Part shown: positions 25,901-40,900 of the stretch, piece by piece
How the letters are laid out: each line of letters opens with the position of its first letter
Numbering within the stretch: the first letter of the stretch is position 1
From: Antedon mediterranea
Lineage: Eukaryota > Animalia > Echinodermata
Reading direction: 5' to 3'
Assembly (NCBI RefSeq): GCF_964355755.1
Contig: NC_092672.1
Coordinates: 27,224,437-27,288,436, forward strand
Length of the DNA stretch: 64,000 nt
The notes under the pieces: generated by a model
Databases searched by the model: none
What the model was told of the DNA's origin: nothing
Seen by the model: the letters and a program-made list of their open reading frames with translations, nothing else
Position numbers and translations under genes: made by a program

Positions 25901-28900
25901 AGGAACAAAGACACGGGACAAAACACGTGACAAAACGAGGACAGAAGGAACAAAGACACAGGACAAAAACACGTGACAAAACGAGGACAGAAGGAACAAA
26001 GACACGGGACAAAACACGTGACAAAATGAGGACAGAAGGAACAAAGACACAGGACAAAAACACGTGACAAAACGAGGACAGAAGGAACAAAGACACAGGA
26101 CAAAACACGTGACAAAACGAGGACAGAAGGAACAAAAAACACAGGACAAAAACACGTGACAAAACAAGGACAGAAGGAACAAAGAAACAGGACAAAACAC
26201 GTGACAAAACGAGGACAGAAGGAACAAAGACACAGGACAAAAACACGTGACAAAACGAGGACAGAAGGAACAAAGACGCAGAACAAAAGTTTAAAAAACT
26301 GGGTTAGAGGGGAGGGACTGAATTCTTAGGGGAAATCGATTGAATACTTTGATACCAATGATGATTTGTAGCTAAACTTGAAGTGAGTTCCATAAAATGG
26401 GGCCAGTGGATTTATTTGTGTTTCTTGCTGTGAAATGGTTATTGATAGGGATATATTTGTTAGAGTGGCGGGTGTTGTGAACTTCATTGTTTTTTGTAAA
26501 GAATCCATTAAATGTGATAGGAAGTTTCCGATTATTAAATTTGTGCATGAACAAAGCAGTCTGTATTTATGTCGAAGATGTTAAGATTTTTTACTTTTTT
26601 ACTACTATTAATATGTTTAGAATACTGTATATATATATCTCTAAACAATCTTTTAGTGGGTTCAGTGCATCTTGCAGCAATTGGAAGCAAGTCGCAGCCA
26701 TGGCACAGTCAGTCCACGCAGGATCAACGTAATCATATGGTTCTTAGATTGTAAGTTTTTCATACTAATTAAAAGACTTTATTATTAACTTTAAAAAATG
26801 TAATAAAATAACCAGTTTCGATATTTCTGAATTTTTTTGACAAACAAATGATTTAAAAATTAAAAAAATATGAAACATGAATTGGTGGCAGGAAATAATG
26901 AATCTCAAAGACTGAACAATATCTTGAGATAATAAACTATATCAGTAAGAAGGTCTGATAATGATATCTTGAGCTTCTACCAATTTTCAGTGTTCTGAGC
27001 AATTGCTAATGTTGTACTGTATAATGTTGTTTAAAAATGTTCATCTGTTTTTTTTATACAATAAATTGACAATTCTTTTTTCAAAATCAACAATTAGCAA
27101 AACTGTCCGATCAGGACAGCGAATCTTTCAAGGTTAGTTTATCACTAAATTTTGGTTTTTAATAAAGAATTGTCAATACAATATAATTTTTTTTAACAGG
27201 GTTCAAGCAATCTTCCCAAGTCGTGATCCAGCTGCTGTTAAAGATAGGCGAATGGCAAAATTAGTAGACTATGCTTGCAAGGTGGAGAACACTATGTATC
27301 AGGCGGCTAGTAGTAGGGTAAGATTCTCTGAGTCCAGGATGTTAAAATTAGGGCCTAAATATATTACAATTAGTTTTAAACCTAAACCTAATGGTCTATC
27401 TTTTGTATTGTAATTGTCAAGGTTTAGGCAGTGCATCATCCAGCTGGATCCATTTCGCTTGTGAAATAGTAGTAATAGTAGTAATGATTAAATTGAACTG
27501 ATAAATTGTGATAAACATTACTTTACTACATTATTTAAACATTTTTGAATGGAACTGTAATATTAGACATCACATTATTTATTGCTGAATTTCAATCACT
27601 TTATTTATTGCTTAAGATGTTTTATTTTTTACAGGAAGAGTATTATCATCTTATCGCTGAGAAAGTCTTACAAATACAAAAGGAATTAGATAGATTACGA
27701 CTGGAACGGATACAGAGACAGAGTGCGACCGAGTCATCTCAACCTACACCATCCCAGGTGCCTTCCATGCAAGCTACAATGCTGTCTTTCTCAAGCACGG
27801 TTCCAAACAGTGAGTGTCTAGAAAATCATTTTGCATCTGAGAGAATAACACCTATAATAGATATTGTTTCTTTCAGTATTCAATAAAACATGAATACAAT
27901 ATTTTCTATCACATTAAAATCGGTTCTGGTTCATTAAATTGAACAGTCAACTTGTAAAATAGCCAAAACATATTTACTATTTATTTATCTTTGATTTACG
28001 GGGCTATCTGCTCTAACAGCTTTTCTACAGCATTACAGCTGATTTCATTAAAACATCAAATTACATTCAAATTCATACAATTTTAAATTCTTTGACGTCA
28101 TATAAAAGTAGCCTACCTTAGTTTTGTAACCCTTAGAGTACCCCATTTATAATTGGTTAGCCTGTTACTGTGTCCTGTTCTTAACATTCAATTATTAAAC
28201 ATCAGTTTTATATACTAATTATTGTTTTCTAGACTTAACTCCAGCAGAAATACTGGCTCGAGGACCTGAAGCAGTTAAAGCATTCAATGAAGCTCTGAAA
28301 AATGGGAAAACTGAAGTTAAACAGGGGAGAACTATTTTTGTAGGTCTTGAGAGAGTTGGAAAAACCTCTACGATCAATTCCTTATTAGGGAAAGGGTAAG
28401 CAAACCTATTAATAGTGAAAACACAGACAATACAAAAGTCATTTTTTCTTCATTCTGTCACCACTCTCGTAGCATTAATATTATTGGTTATCCGCACTTG
28501 GCGTGTTATTGTCAGGATCCCAAAACTCTTCAAATTTGTATTAATGTAATTATTTAGATAATTTTCTTCTAAAATTGTTATTTTTACATGTCGCTTTGAT
28601 GATGTCATCGTGTTAGAAAATTGAATTAAATGACGGGTCTCGTAATTTCGTCTATGCTACACTGTATATAACATATACAGTGTATTCCGTAAATACTGTA
28701 ATATGCTGTATGATACAAAATAGGTACAATTCAGCACTGTAAACATATTTAATTCATGTCATAGGATGCCATAATAATTGTCGATGTTCATATAGTTTAA
28801 CGTATGTGCATGTTGCATTTCCGTGGATAACTCGTCAAAGTGACGAGTTCAAATCTAGTTATTGTTGTTGTTGTTATCATCGCCAACTAAATTTATTTAT

Positions 28901-31900
28901 TATGAAAAATGTTTTTTGGTTCGTTTGTATAAAAAAAAACCACAAAAAGCCTTCAGTGAAGTATAAATAAGTATGAATTATACAATTTCATTAGATTTTA
29001 ATTGTGAAATTCTGATTATGCATTGTAAAATTACCTATAGTTTAATTTGAAATATATTTTCAATAGTTTTTGTTCAAAGCAAGACATAACAGATGCTATA
29101 TCAACAACAAGGGTTTGCAGCACTCAAGAAGATGCTGATGAAACAAAATGGAAAGAACAATCACTAGAGACGTGTAAGTATCAACGGCGCAGATCCGTTT
29201 TTTAATTGAAATACTTGGGGCCAGGGGGCTCTTTTTAATTCATAGGCCGTTTCAATCAATTTCTGAGCAAATTTACCCCCCGGAAGAATACAATTATTTT
29301 GGGTTACTCACTTTTTAGACTCTGGTCCTGAGGCGCCACTGGTGGTAAGTATACAAAACAGACAAAAGCCAAATTCTGCTCACAAGTTTTCAGCTTATAC
29401 TGGATCATGATGATTTGAATTACTTTTTTCAGAGTTTGTCATAGTCAAACATATTGGCTAACTGATGCCATGGTTTATAAGTTTAAGTAAAATGATTTTT
29501 ATAGCACTACTACATTAAATCTAATTAACACGATATTTTAAAGATGTAGATGTCCCCCAAAACATGAAAAATAAAGGTAAAAAATATCTAATTTTTAATA
29601 GAACATTTTGTATTTATGTGAAAGTTATTCACTTTCGCCGAAAATAAATTCGGAAAAAAATATTGATTTCGTTTATAAAAAATCAAATTTTTTCGAACTT
29701 ATCAGCTCAGAAATTCCTAAATAATATAACTCATAAGTATGATATGATATGTTCATGAGCATCCAAACAGAGATCCAATCTGTTATCTTCACCACCTAAA
29801 CAAGCATGTGCGACAAACAGAAGTGCTGGAGTTTCCCTGATCGTATGATGTAAACAGCTCTGCCATTAATTTCCTGGTAAGTAGAATTTTATTTTACTGT
29901 AGATGAATGATATCCTCCTATAATAGTTATATATCGCAAACTAGACGTTTTTGGCTTTAGTTATAGGGCTAAGCCTAGCTAGAGTGAGGTCTAGATAGTA
30001 GTTTACTACTGTGTAGTGTAGTATACCTGTAGGCAGGCAGACTGAGATAATCAGGTCAGAAAAGTAGACTAGCTAGGCCCTATATATTGTACTCACCAAA
30101 CTAGATCATCACTCCACAACTAGCTACAGGAAATAGGATGTACTATTGATATACATTTGGAGTTGGACAAAAAACAAACATTAGGAAAATGATCAGGATA
30201 CAGTACCAAAGAAGTTGAGTATAGTGTAACACTCTGACCATCAGGTCAACAACCCTTTTTCACTATTTCTCCCTACTCCGGTCCATCTATAATTTAACAT
30301 TCCTAGTACAGGTTCCTTCCTGTCCCCCTAGCTACTCTTTATTCACTTTCCTATAACCACATCCTTAATCAATCATTGATTCTTCATTATCAGGGTATGT
30401 TCCCTTCTAAATAGTTCCCTCCCGGTATATAATTAATTAGGACCGTTCCTTAAATATGGATGTACTGGTAAGAAGGGAGAGAGATAAAAACGTTTATAAT
30501 TGAGAAGAAAATGTATGTATAGCCAGAACAGAGCATTACATTGAATATTGATATAAACTGTCATATTTACTGTTTGTACATTAGTGGCGATGTGTGACAT
30601 CCTGCTGCGGATACTATAGTAACGGATACACTAAAACACCACCGTTACAATAGAATAGATTGTTGTTGATAGCAACCAAAATGAAAACACTAGTAATTAG
30701 ACTAGACCTTGAGGGAGGGGATGCACCAATATTAATAATATGAGATACTAATAATAAGGAATGACTATTTTGGATACAACCATTTCAGGAATTCCTTACT
30801 GTACATTAGTACCCCAAATTGAAAACTTCAGATTCATGTACAGAAATAATAATTATATGTAGGCCTACAGTATGCAATAAATTGTGAATATTTAAAGACT
30901 CATGATGTTTTTGTAAAAATAATGCATATATATTACTTTAAAAACAATAAACCAGATCATTCCTTGTCTTAAATGTACGTTTTATGGTAAATTATGATAA
31001 AAAGAGAGAAACAATGCACTACCTAGGTGGTTAAGTCACCAACTAGGGAAAACGCCATCCTTGATCTGGTTATATCAGATTTTGCGGGGTTATACCATAC
31101 TCCCCATATTAGTTCTCCGATTGGTCGTAGTGACCACAACTGTGTCAGTTGGTTGCCCAAGATTTCTAAGTGTGTAAACATCTTAAATGTGAAAACCATC
31201 CAGCCCATTAAGGACTCTAAAGTAAGAGAATTTGGTAATTGGATCCAAAACCAAACTTGGTCTAATGTTTATGAAGCTGTTGATGTTCAGTCCAAGGCAG
31301 ACGCTTTTTATCAAACGGTTAATCATGGTGTTGATAGTTTTTTTCCAACCAAAACTGTGAAATTACATAACAGGGACAAACCATGGATGACGGCTCATAT
31401 AAAGAACCTGATTAACCAAAGACAAAGAGCGTTTGCCATCGGTGATAAAACCTCCAGGACTAGCCTCAGAAACGAAATTATTAAGCAAATTAAAAAAGCC
31501 AAGGCTTCACACAATATTAATAAAGTTCGAAGACTCCAAAGGACTGAACCTGGGAAATGGCACAAAGAGGTCAGGTATTTAGCAAACATGAACAAATCTG
31601 ATATTACCATCCAAATGACAGATATTGCACCTACAGATTTTGTAGGAGCTGCTAATGCTATTAATAAGCAATTAGTTATAGCCGCCAACTCACAACAACC
31701 TTTGGTTTTAACTGATCTCCCTGCCTATTTACCTAGCCCAGTGCGTCCTCCCCAGGTCCAGCCTTGGGAGATGTTTGACGATATGAATAAACTTTCCACT
31801 TGTAAGGCTGGTGGCCCAGATGGTTTACCTCCACGTTTATTAAAGGTTGTAGCATACAAACTAAGTCAACCAGTGACAAATATAGTTAATGCATCCCTTA

Positions 31901-34900
31901 CGCAGAGCAAAGTGCCCACCCAATGGAAGGAAGCCAATGTGATCCCACTCCCTAAAACGGCCCCACCATCAATTGACAAGTTACGCCCGATTTCCCTGAC
32001 CCCGTGCCTAGCAAAAATTTCTGAAGGTCGTGTTTGTAAATGGATTGTTGAGGCAATTAATCCCCGGATTGATTATAGACAATTCGGTAACCGCAAAGGA
32101 TTGTCCACCACCCACTGTCTGATTGATATTTACCACCATCTAGTTTCTGGTGCAGAGAAGCCGAAAAACATTAGCACACTTGTGCTAACTGATTTTTCCA
32201 AGGCGTTCGAGTTAGTTGACCATCAAATCTCAGTCACAAAACTGCTCGAACTTGGGGCACCTCCGCCACTCGTACAGTGGGTGGTGGACTTCCTGACGGA
32301 AAGAAAACAAAGAGTCCGATATAAAAATTCGTACTCTGATTGGATTGAGTTGATGGGTGGAGTGCCCCAGGGCATAATCATTGGTCCCATAGCATTTTTT
32401 GGCTATGATCAATGACGCTCTAGTTAACATCAATAATAACAAAATGAAAGTCTGGAAATATGTAGACGACCTCACACTTGGTGAAAATAGGACTAATTGT
32501 GGTACATCGATTCAAACTAGTTTAGACACTCTGTTTGAATGGAGCATTATTAATAAACTAAAACTAAATCCAAATAAATGCCTTGCAATGCATATCAATT
32601 TTAGTAAACATATATCCCCCTATCCTGATTTGCATATCTAATCATTCTTTGGCTGTAGTTCAGGAAGTTAAATTGTTAGGTGTAATCATTCAAAACAATT
32701 TAAAGTGGCAAAGCCATGTAGATAACATTTGTATTAAAGCTAACAAGAAAATGTTTATGATACGTAAGTTGAGAGAAGCAGGTCTTAATAGTAATGAACT
32801 TATTTCTGTTTATAAAGGTTATATGAGACCGGTGCTTGAGTATGCAGCCCCTTTGTGGCATGCAGGTCTTACGCAGGGACAGGTGAATCAGGTGGAAAAG
32901 ATTCAGAAGCGTGTCTGCAAGATTGTGTTGGGCAATGAGTATACAACATACTCGGATTCTCTTGCCATTTTAAATCTTCAACCACTCCACACAAGAAGAT
33001 GGCACTCTTGCAAGGTTTTTGCCTCTAAAGCACACGCCTCTGGTCAATTCTCCACCTGGTTCCCTGCCCCTCAGTATATATCCTGCATGACCCTTAGACA
33101 TAATCGTAAAGTGGAAAACTATAGTTATAAAACAAAACGTTTCCAAACTAGTCCTGTCCCTTTTATGGTTGAACTTTTGAACAAACTGTAATTTTTTTTT
33201 TTTGCGTGTATTATTTGAGGTAACTGCAGTCTAATTTATTCGTTTTTATATATGTATGTTGATAGTGATTATAGTTTAAATAGTTTTTATAATGTAATAC
33301 ATATGCAATTCAGCCATGTGCTGCCATGTATGTAATTTGTATGTGAATTTTGAATTTTGAATAAATATACCGATATATATATACCTAAGTAGCTCGCATT
33401 GAATTTCCTCTCTTTAGCCGCCTTTAGTTTTGTAGGCCTATAGCTGGTAAACATCGGTAACATACAGACATCGTATGCTAGCTATAGGCCTAGCCTGACA
33501 TTGTATAGGTGCTGCATTAATTACCTTTCTGTTTTTGCGCCAGACTCCGTTGATACAAATTGGGGGAAACCCAGTGTTTTCACTGAAAAGTTATGAGTCT
33601 CCTATTTGTTTTGGCCTCACGATCGATCGAAAAGTGGATGAATTACATTAATTTATAGCGGGCCACTAAAATTACCATAATAATAACCATTTAGAGACAA
33701 AAAAAGTTACCTCAATAGGACCATATAGTATTATTTTTTACATTAAATGTAGTTTGTGACCGTAAATTAGATCTAAAAAACGTAAGGATGGGACTTTTCT
33801 ATTTAATTTTTTAATTTATAGACTATTGAAGACTGGAACAGAGGTTACACCCATAGTACGTAAAGGCAACTGGCGATTGACTCGGTAGTGGAACACAAGA
33901 AAAATATTGGATGACTATCAGCATTTGACAAATATATTGGCTGTTGTCCATTTTCATTATAAATGAATATTTTCCAAACATAGCAACAGCATTAAATAAA
34001 TTTAAAAAATACTACTACAAGTATTTAAATGGTCTATAAATGGTCTAATGAAAACAAACTAAAACTTAACCCAACTAAATGTAAAACTATGTATTTTAAC
34101 TTTCAAAGAAATTAATATGAGCATGAACCCCTTTTGATTGGAAATGCTACAATTGAAATCGTTAATGAAACTAAGTTACTAGGTTTATGGATACAAGCAA
34201 ACCTCAAATGGGATTGTAATGCTAAAGAAATTGTATCCAAAGCCAGCAGAGGTCTGCATATATTGTGTAGATTAAGAAAGTTCAATCTTTCAAATATGAT
34301 CTTGATGTATTTAAGAGTTACATAAGACCAAGTGTTGAATATGCTGTCCCAGTATGGCATTCTCACAAAGAAACAAAGTGATATGATAGAATCTGTCCAA
34401 AAAAGGGCTTGCAGAATAATACTGTGTAATGACTACATATGTTATGACCAAGCACTCAAGGATCTTTCTTTAGACACTTTATCTGATAGAAGGCGTAATC
34501 TATGCTATAAGTTTACTCTGAATTGTTCAAAAAGTATTCATTTTGGAAAATGGTTTCCAGTGAAGAATAAGTAACATGAAACTAGCACGTGTAAAGTATC
34601 AACAACCCAAATGCAGAGTTGAAAGATATAGAAAAAGTGCAATACCATACCTTACCTCGCTTCTAAATGAATAATCATTAGGTATCACCCAAAATTCAGC
34701 GCAGTAAAGTTTTTTGTTTCCTTTTTTCACTATGTTTAATGTCTATGTTAGTCTTTTTGGTCCTTTTATGTGTTACTATTTTAAGCTAAATTTTTTTAAT
34801 GTTCCTGTATAGTATTTCTAGTGTCTATTGCATCCTTTTTTATATATAATTACCATTGGTGTTATGCTTTTATACAAATTTTAATATTGAGAGTATGTAA

Positions 34901-37900
34901 ATATCTTTGTAATTCAGCTAAGGCTGCGATGATGATATTGAAATAAATGAAAAGAAAAAAAAAAGATAAACTCTTCATAACTTTAATGTGTGAAAATTTA
35001 TAGTACAGTACAGTACAAAATGAGTTAATTACTAGTATATTCCATTGAATTTCTGCATTATTGTTTGTAAAAACTCTTTGACAATTTATCTTCAACTATT
35101 AATTGATGTGATGATTGTGGCATTACAGCAATAGCGTGTCTTTTGGGATTGTTCATCCATTTTAAAGTGTCATTGTAAGAAACGTTCAAATAAATATTGT
35201 GAATGTTGCTACCACATTTTGTGTTGATTTCTTCACCATTTTCCACTACTTGCTCATATTGTTCATTCAATTTATAGTGTGTTAATACCTATTAAAAGAA
35301 AGACATTTTGTATTGAAATATCTACATAAAAAGTGTAATTGTGTGAATGTTGGTTTGAACGTTATTGCTTTGGAAGCATTTTCAACGGGATCCTTTTCAA
35401 CATTGTAAAGTACACATTCAAAAAAATATTTAACTTAGATTATTTCGTCATTTTCTCTACTACAATAATTACATTATTAGATGTACAGTATAATTTTCAC
35501 AAATTTATATTAGCATTAAAAGCTAATTCATCATGATGGAAAAACCAAGCACCATAATCTCTCCTGGCCCTGGTGGTGATATGAATAATGGTGATCGACT
35601 ATTATAGTTTTATACTAAAAATAAGAAAGAAGAGGTGGTGGTGTCAAAATCACTCTTCTAAACCTTATTTTTTACTACACGCTCTAAATAATCACAGATA
35701 AATTGAAAGAAATGTTTTTTTAAATGTTGTAGGCCTAATCCTAGTTAAAGCTAGGTTGGCAATAACTATTAATAAGGCTTAAGTTGTATTCCATTAGTAT
35801 AGCTAGGCCAGATCGCAAAGTCGCCCCCATACAAAGTTGCCCTGACACAGTCGCCCCATCCGCTCCGCTGTGGTCGCACTGCACAACGCCCCATCTCAAA
35901 AAGGGGAAACCCCGCCGATGATATCAGTCGCGTTTCATTTTGGTCGCAATTAAAATAATGATGTTACCTTGGTCGATGAATATTTATTATTAATTATTAA
36001 ATTGTTTTAATTTTTTATTTTGCAGGTCTAGGAGAAAGATGTGTGCCTTAAAAAATGACAATCTGTAAACATAGTTTAAGATTATAATATTATTCGGCAT
36101 AATGTCATTTAATAGTACATGATTATTTAAATGTGAAATATTTTATATGCAACAAATTACGTAAAACAATTTATTAATAAACATTCATTTTTACTATTAG
36201 TATTACAATGAACATTTGATTATAAGCCCGGAAAGGCAACCCCATCATTCTATTATAAAATTGCATCATATTTCAAATATTTTGTAAAAGTTAGAACAAT
36301 GTATTAACATTACGAACACTGTACTTTACTGGTGCCAAATTGGGTCCACTTGAGCACAGTGTATTAACATACAAAAAGATATTAAAATGCAGTGACTTAT
36401 TTCTATTTTATATCACTGTGCTCCACTGGCGCCAAATTGGGTCTACTTGAGCACAGTGTATTAACATACAAAAAGATATTAACATTCAGTGACTTTATTT
36501 CTATTTTATATCACTGTGCTCCACTGGTGCCAAATTGGGTCTACTTGAGCACAGTGTATTAACATACACAAAGATATTAAAATGCAGTGACTTATTTCTA
36601 TTTTATATCACTGCTTCACTGGCGCCAAATTGGGTCCACGTGAGCACAGTGTATTAACATACGAAAAGATATAAAAATTATTGACTTATTTCTATATCAC
36701 TGTGCTCCACTGGTGCCAAATTGGGTCCACTTGACCACAGTGTATTAACATACGAAAAGATATAAAAATTAGTGACTTTCTATTTTATATCACTGTGCTC
36801 TACTGGTGCCAAATTGGGTCCACGTGAGCACAGTGTATTAAACATACGAAAAGATATTAACATTCAGTGACTTTATTTCTATTTTATATCACTGTGCTCC
36901 CATTGGTGCCAAATTGGGTCCACGTGAGCACAGTGTATTAACATACAAAAAGATATAAAAATTAGTGACTTTCTATATTATATCACTGTGCTCTACTGGT
37001 GCCAAATTGGGTCCACGTGAGCACAGTGTATTAAACATACGAAAAGATATTAACATTCAGTGACTTTATTTCTATTTTATATCACTGTGCTCAACTGGCG
37101 CCAAATTGGGTCCACGTGAGCACAGTGTATTAACATACACAAAGATATTAAAATGCAGTGATTTATTTATATTTATATCACTGCTTCACTGGCGCCAAAT
37201 TGGGTCCACGTGAGCACAGTGTATTTACATACGAAAAGATATAAACATTATTGACTTATTTCTATATCACTGTGCTCCACTGGTGCCAAATTGGGTCCAC
37301 GTGACCACAGTGTATTAACATACAAAAAGATATAAAAATTAGTGACTTTCTATATTATATCACTGTGCTCTACTGGTGCCAAATTGGGTCCACGTGAGCA
37401 CAGTGTATTAAACATACGAAAAGATATTAACATTCAGTGACTTTATTTCTATTTTATATCACTGTCCTCAACTGGCGCCAAATTGGGTTCTCTTGAGCAC
37501 AGTGTATTAATATACAAAAAGATATTATAATTAAGTGACTTTATTTCTATTTTATATCACTGTGCTCAACTGGCGCCAAATTGGGTTCACTTGATAACAG
37601 TGTATTAACATACGAAAAGATATTAAAATGCAGTGACTTATTTTTGTTTTTATCACTGTGCTCCACCAGCACCAAATTAGGTTCACTTGAGCACAGTGTA
37701 TTAACATACGAAAATATATTTAAAGTGACTTATTTCTATTCTATATCACTGTGCTTCCGGTGCTAAATTTGAGCCACTGGACCAGTTACAGTATAGTACT
37801 ATTTCTATTTGAATACGCTCTGAATATACCTCTATTATCACGTCATATTTTTTTTGTGATGATGGAGAGGTCACATTCATGCACAAGAATCATACAATAT

Positions 37901-40900
37901 GCATAATTCATAAGCTAATTCAGGGCAAGGATTGAGTTAAACCGGAAGCCAGTTGGTTGCCAGCCAATTGACTTCTGGTTGATCATTTTTTATTTTAAAT
38001 TACGATTTTCTCAGGTAAATTTATTTTTCATCCAGTTTTTGGTCAAGGTGAATAACTTTCATGGAACATTAAAATGGCCTATTCATTACATTTTTTTTCA
38101 AAAAAATTTTTGTCAGGGGTTCAATACATCTTTAAGGATAGAAAAATACAAGTTTATTGAAATATTAATTTTTTGTTTATTTCATTATTATAGTCTAGTC
38201 TACTACTATTTTATTAGTCTTAAAGATTATTAGCTATTTTGTTAAGCTCAATAAGAATTGCAATATTTACAAAAATATGACAATAATAATAAAGACATAA
38301 GAGACAACAAATGTCAGTAATTCTTACATTTTATTTTGTTCAAAGCTAAAGCTTCTAAAATTTTTGAGAATGCAGTCATAGAAGAAATGATGAAACTTAC
38401 AGAGATTAATGAAGTGATAAAAGAACTTAACAAAACATCAACAGAAGGTGTTTCTGATTTCGAGTATGATGTGAAAGGAGAAAACGTGACATCACAGTCA
38501 ACAGAAAATGCAGCTGAAGCAAGCACATCAACAGACATGTTGGATCTGGAAGTTGAGGGTAAGCATTCATCACATTAGCATTTATTTGCATCAAAGTATT
38601 GAATCATAACATAATGACGTGGACCAGAGTTTAATTCAATCTTTAACAAATGTAATATCTAACAATATCCACACATGTAATTTTAAATATTTCAATAACA
38701 AAACAAGTCAAATTTTAATTTCGAAATTATTATTTAATCATTTTAATTTTTCTCCCCAATGTGTTTTATAGATTTGTCCCCCTAAAGAATTTTTTGTTTC
38801 ACATTTTTCGTTGAATATGCCATTTTAATGTCACGTATTAAATAGTGTACCCGAGCAAAATGTAATTTAAAGCAAAACAATGCTTAAATTGTCTGTCAGA
38901 CATTGATTTTTGGTTAAAATGAACCGTTTATTTTGTATTTTTATAAGTGAAATCATTTTTTTTATAGAAGTGAATAACTTTAGGGGCATGTCAAAATTAT
39001 ATTACTCCGTGTAATGCAGTAAACACAAAGTTTACAGCGGGTGCACTAACACTCCTAACAGATGTTAGTTTATGCATAATCTTGTGGATTTCAGTAATTG
39101 CGTTAGCAAATTGATTATTCATAAAGTAAGCAAATGAATATTCATGAGTAGTACAGCAGAAACAGGAGATATGGTGTGTGTGTCGTCAAATGGAATTGCT
39201 TTTAACTATTGTGCGGCTCGCACGAACGCACGTGGTAATTTCATACAAGCGGAGAGGGTAATTCTTACCACAAGGTACATGTGCATCAAATGGAATGTCC
39301 CCAATTATCGTCTGTTCAGCGGCGAAACTCGCATGATGAACACACGTGGTAATTTCTTACCATAGGGGTGCGTGTACATCACATTACGTGTACAGCCCCA
39401 TTAGAGAATATATATATGTTCATTTTTAAATGTCACTTAACCTCCGACTGTGACATGTGTTTATATAAAGTCTAATTTTTGGCAGCCATTTTTCAAAATG
39501 GCCGCCTATAACACCAAATTTTCTTGGATCTTAGTAACAAATGAAGATAGAGACTTATATTTGGTCTCAAAATGTTCTTAATATAGATATTTATATTTAC
39601 TCTAATGGAATATTTTTTCAAAAAATGACCGGAAATATCGTTTTATGACCAATTGCCCCTTGACCTGACCTTATCAGTATCTCAGTAACTACTGATCATA
39701 GATACCTCAAACTGGTCTCAAATTATTTAGAATTTACATGTTTATATTTACCTTAATAGAACTTATTTTACAAAACTAACCAGAAATACCATTATTTACC
39801 TATGACCCAATCTAAGGTTAATTCAGGTAAGTATTGGTCGCATACACTTGAAATCGGTCTTAACTTCATCAGAACATCCATATTTGTTTTTAATCTAATA
39901 GAACATTTTCCCCAAAGTTAAAAGGAAATATAATTACTGACAACTTGACTTTTGACCTGAACTTATCAATACCTTATTTAAAAAGCTATTGGTTATAATA
40001 CGGTATTATGGTCAAAATATGTTCGGCAAATGCCTACTTAAAAGAGTGTATGGAGATATTTCATCGCTACAAGTACTGTTACTTGAAGGTAAAGAATGGA
40101 CTTGGAATGAACCAGGATACTGATATCCTAGTTGATGATGATCAAGAAATACCAAAATACATTATACCGCTTTTTGTTGCTGAAAAAAAAACTTCGGGCT
40201 CCAAAAATGGGAATTCCCCTGAATTGAAAACAGCTGAAACACACTTAACGTATAATGTATTACAAAATGTTCAAACACCTCCCCCCCCCCCCCCCCTTAT
40301 TAAAACTGCAAAATGGCCTATTTAAAGTCTGATTTTATTCATATTTTTGGGGGACAATACATCTTTCAGTTCATAACTATAAAGTCCGTATGTTATTCAT
40401 AGTCATAGATTCTGTGAGTCTATGAGCAATGTCTTGCTTTACAATGTATCTGATATCATGTTCATTGGTGTCACAAAATCATTGATTTTCATTTCAGAGA
40501 GATTTTCGTGTCCTTTATTTAGTATTATCTATTTATTGTATAGCCTATGTAAATACTTTAACGTGACTACCACTCTGAGGATAGCAATTGTTTTAATTAT
40601 AATTTTTGACTGTGTAATTTTGATGTAGCAACTCGCGTTTGGCGACAAATAAAAAAATCCAACATACTTGGGTTCAAACTTCAACTCGCAAAGGCACAAC
40701 TAGAATGCTCAAAATAAATATTTAAACTAAACTATTTAAACTTAACTATTTTATGCATAACACGCGGCGCCCTCATTTTGGATCTATAGATGAGACAAAA
40801 GACTAATGATCCGGTGATTTGGCTCGAAAAAGACAAAGTTAGTAATTACAGTAATTTTCCTACCTAATACCTTTACTGTAAAGTGTATAATTTGTGTTAG

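Noticed and set aside
25420-26286. Three long minus-strand ORFs (255-288 aa)
   Set aside because: Artefacts of a stop-free 46-bp minisatellite. They are open in all three frames and low complexity.
19982-27886. Annotation as the authentic CBP/p300 gene
   Set aside because: No bromodomain, HAT, ZZ, TAZ2 or NCBD exons follow. The next in-phase exon is a Roco P-loop, and otherwise invariant residues are substituted.
36320-37770. CRISPR-like array
   Set aside because: The intervening segments are copies of one another rather than unique spacers. The context is a eukaryotic intron with no cas genes.
40008-40325. 105-aa ORF with a proline run inside a Roco intron
   Set aside because: No recognisable motif, and the proline run comes from a poly-C tract. 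The flanking exons already join in phase without it.
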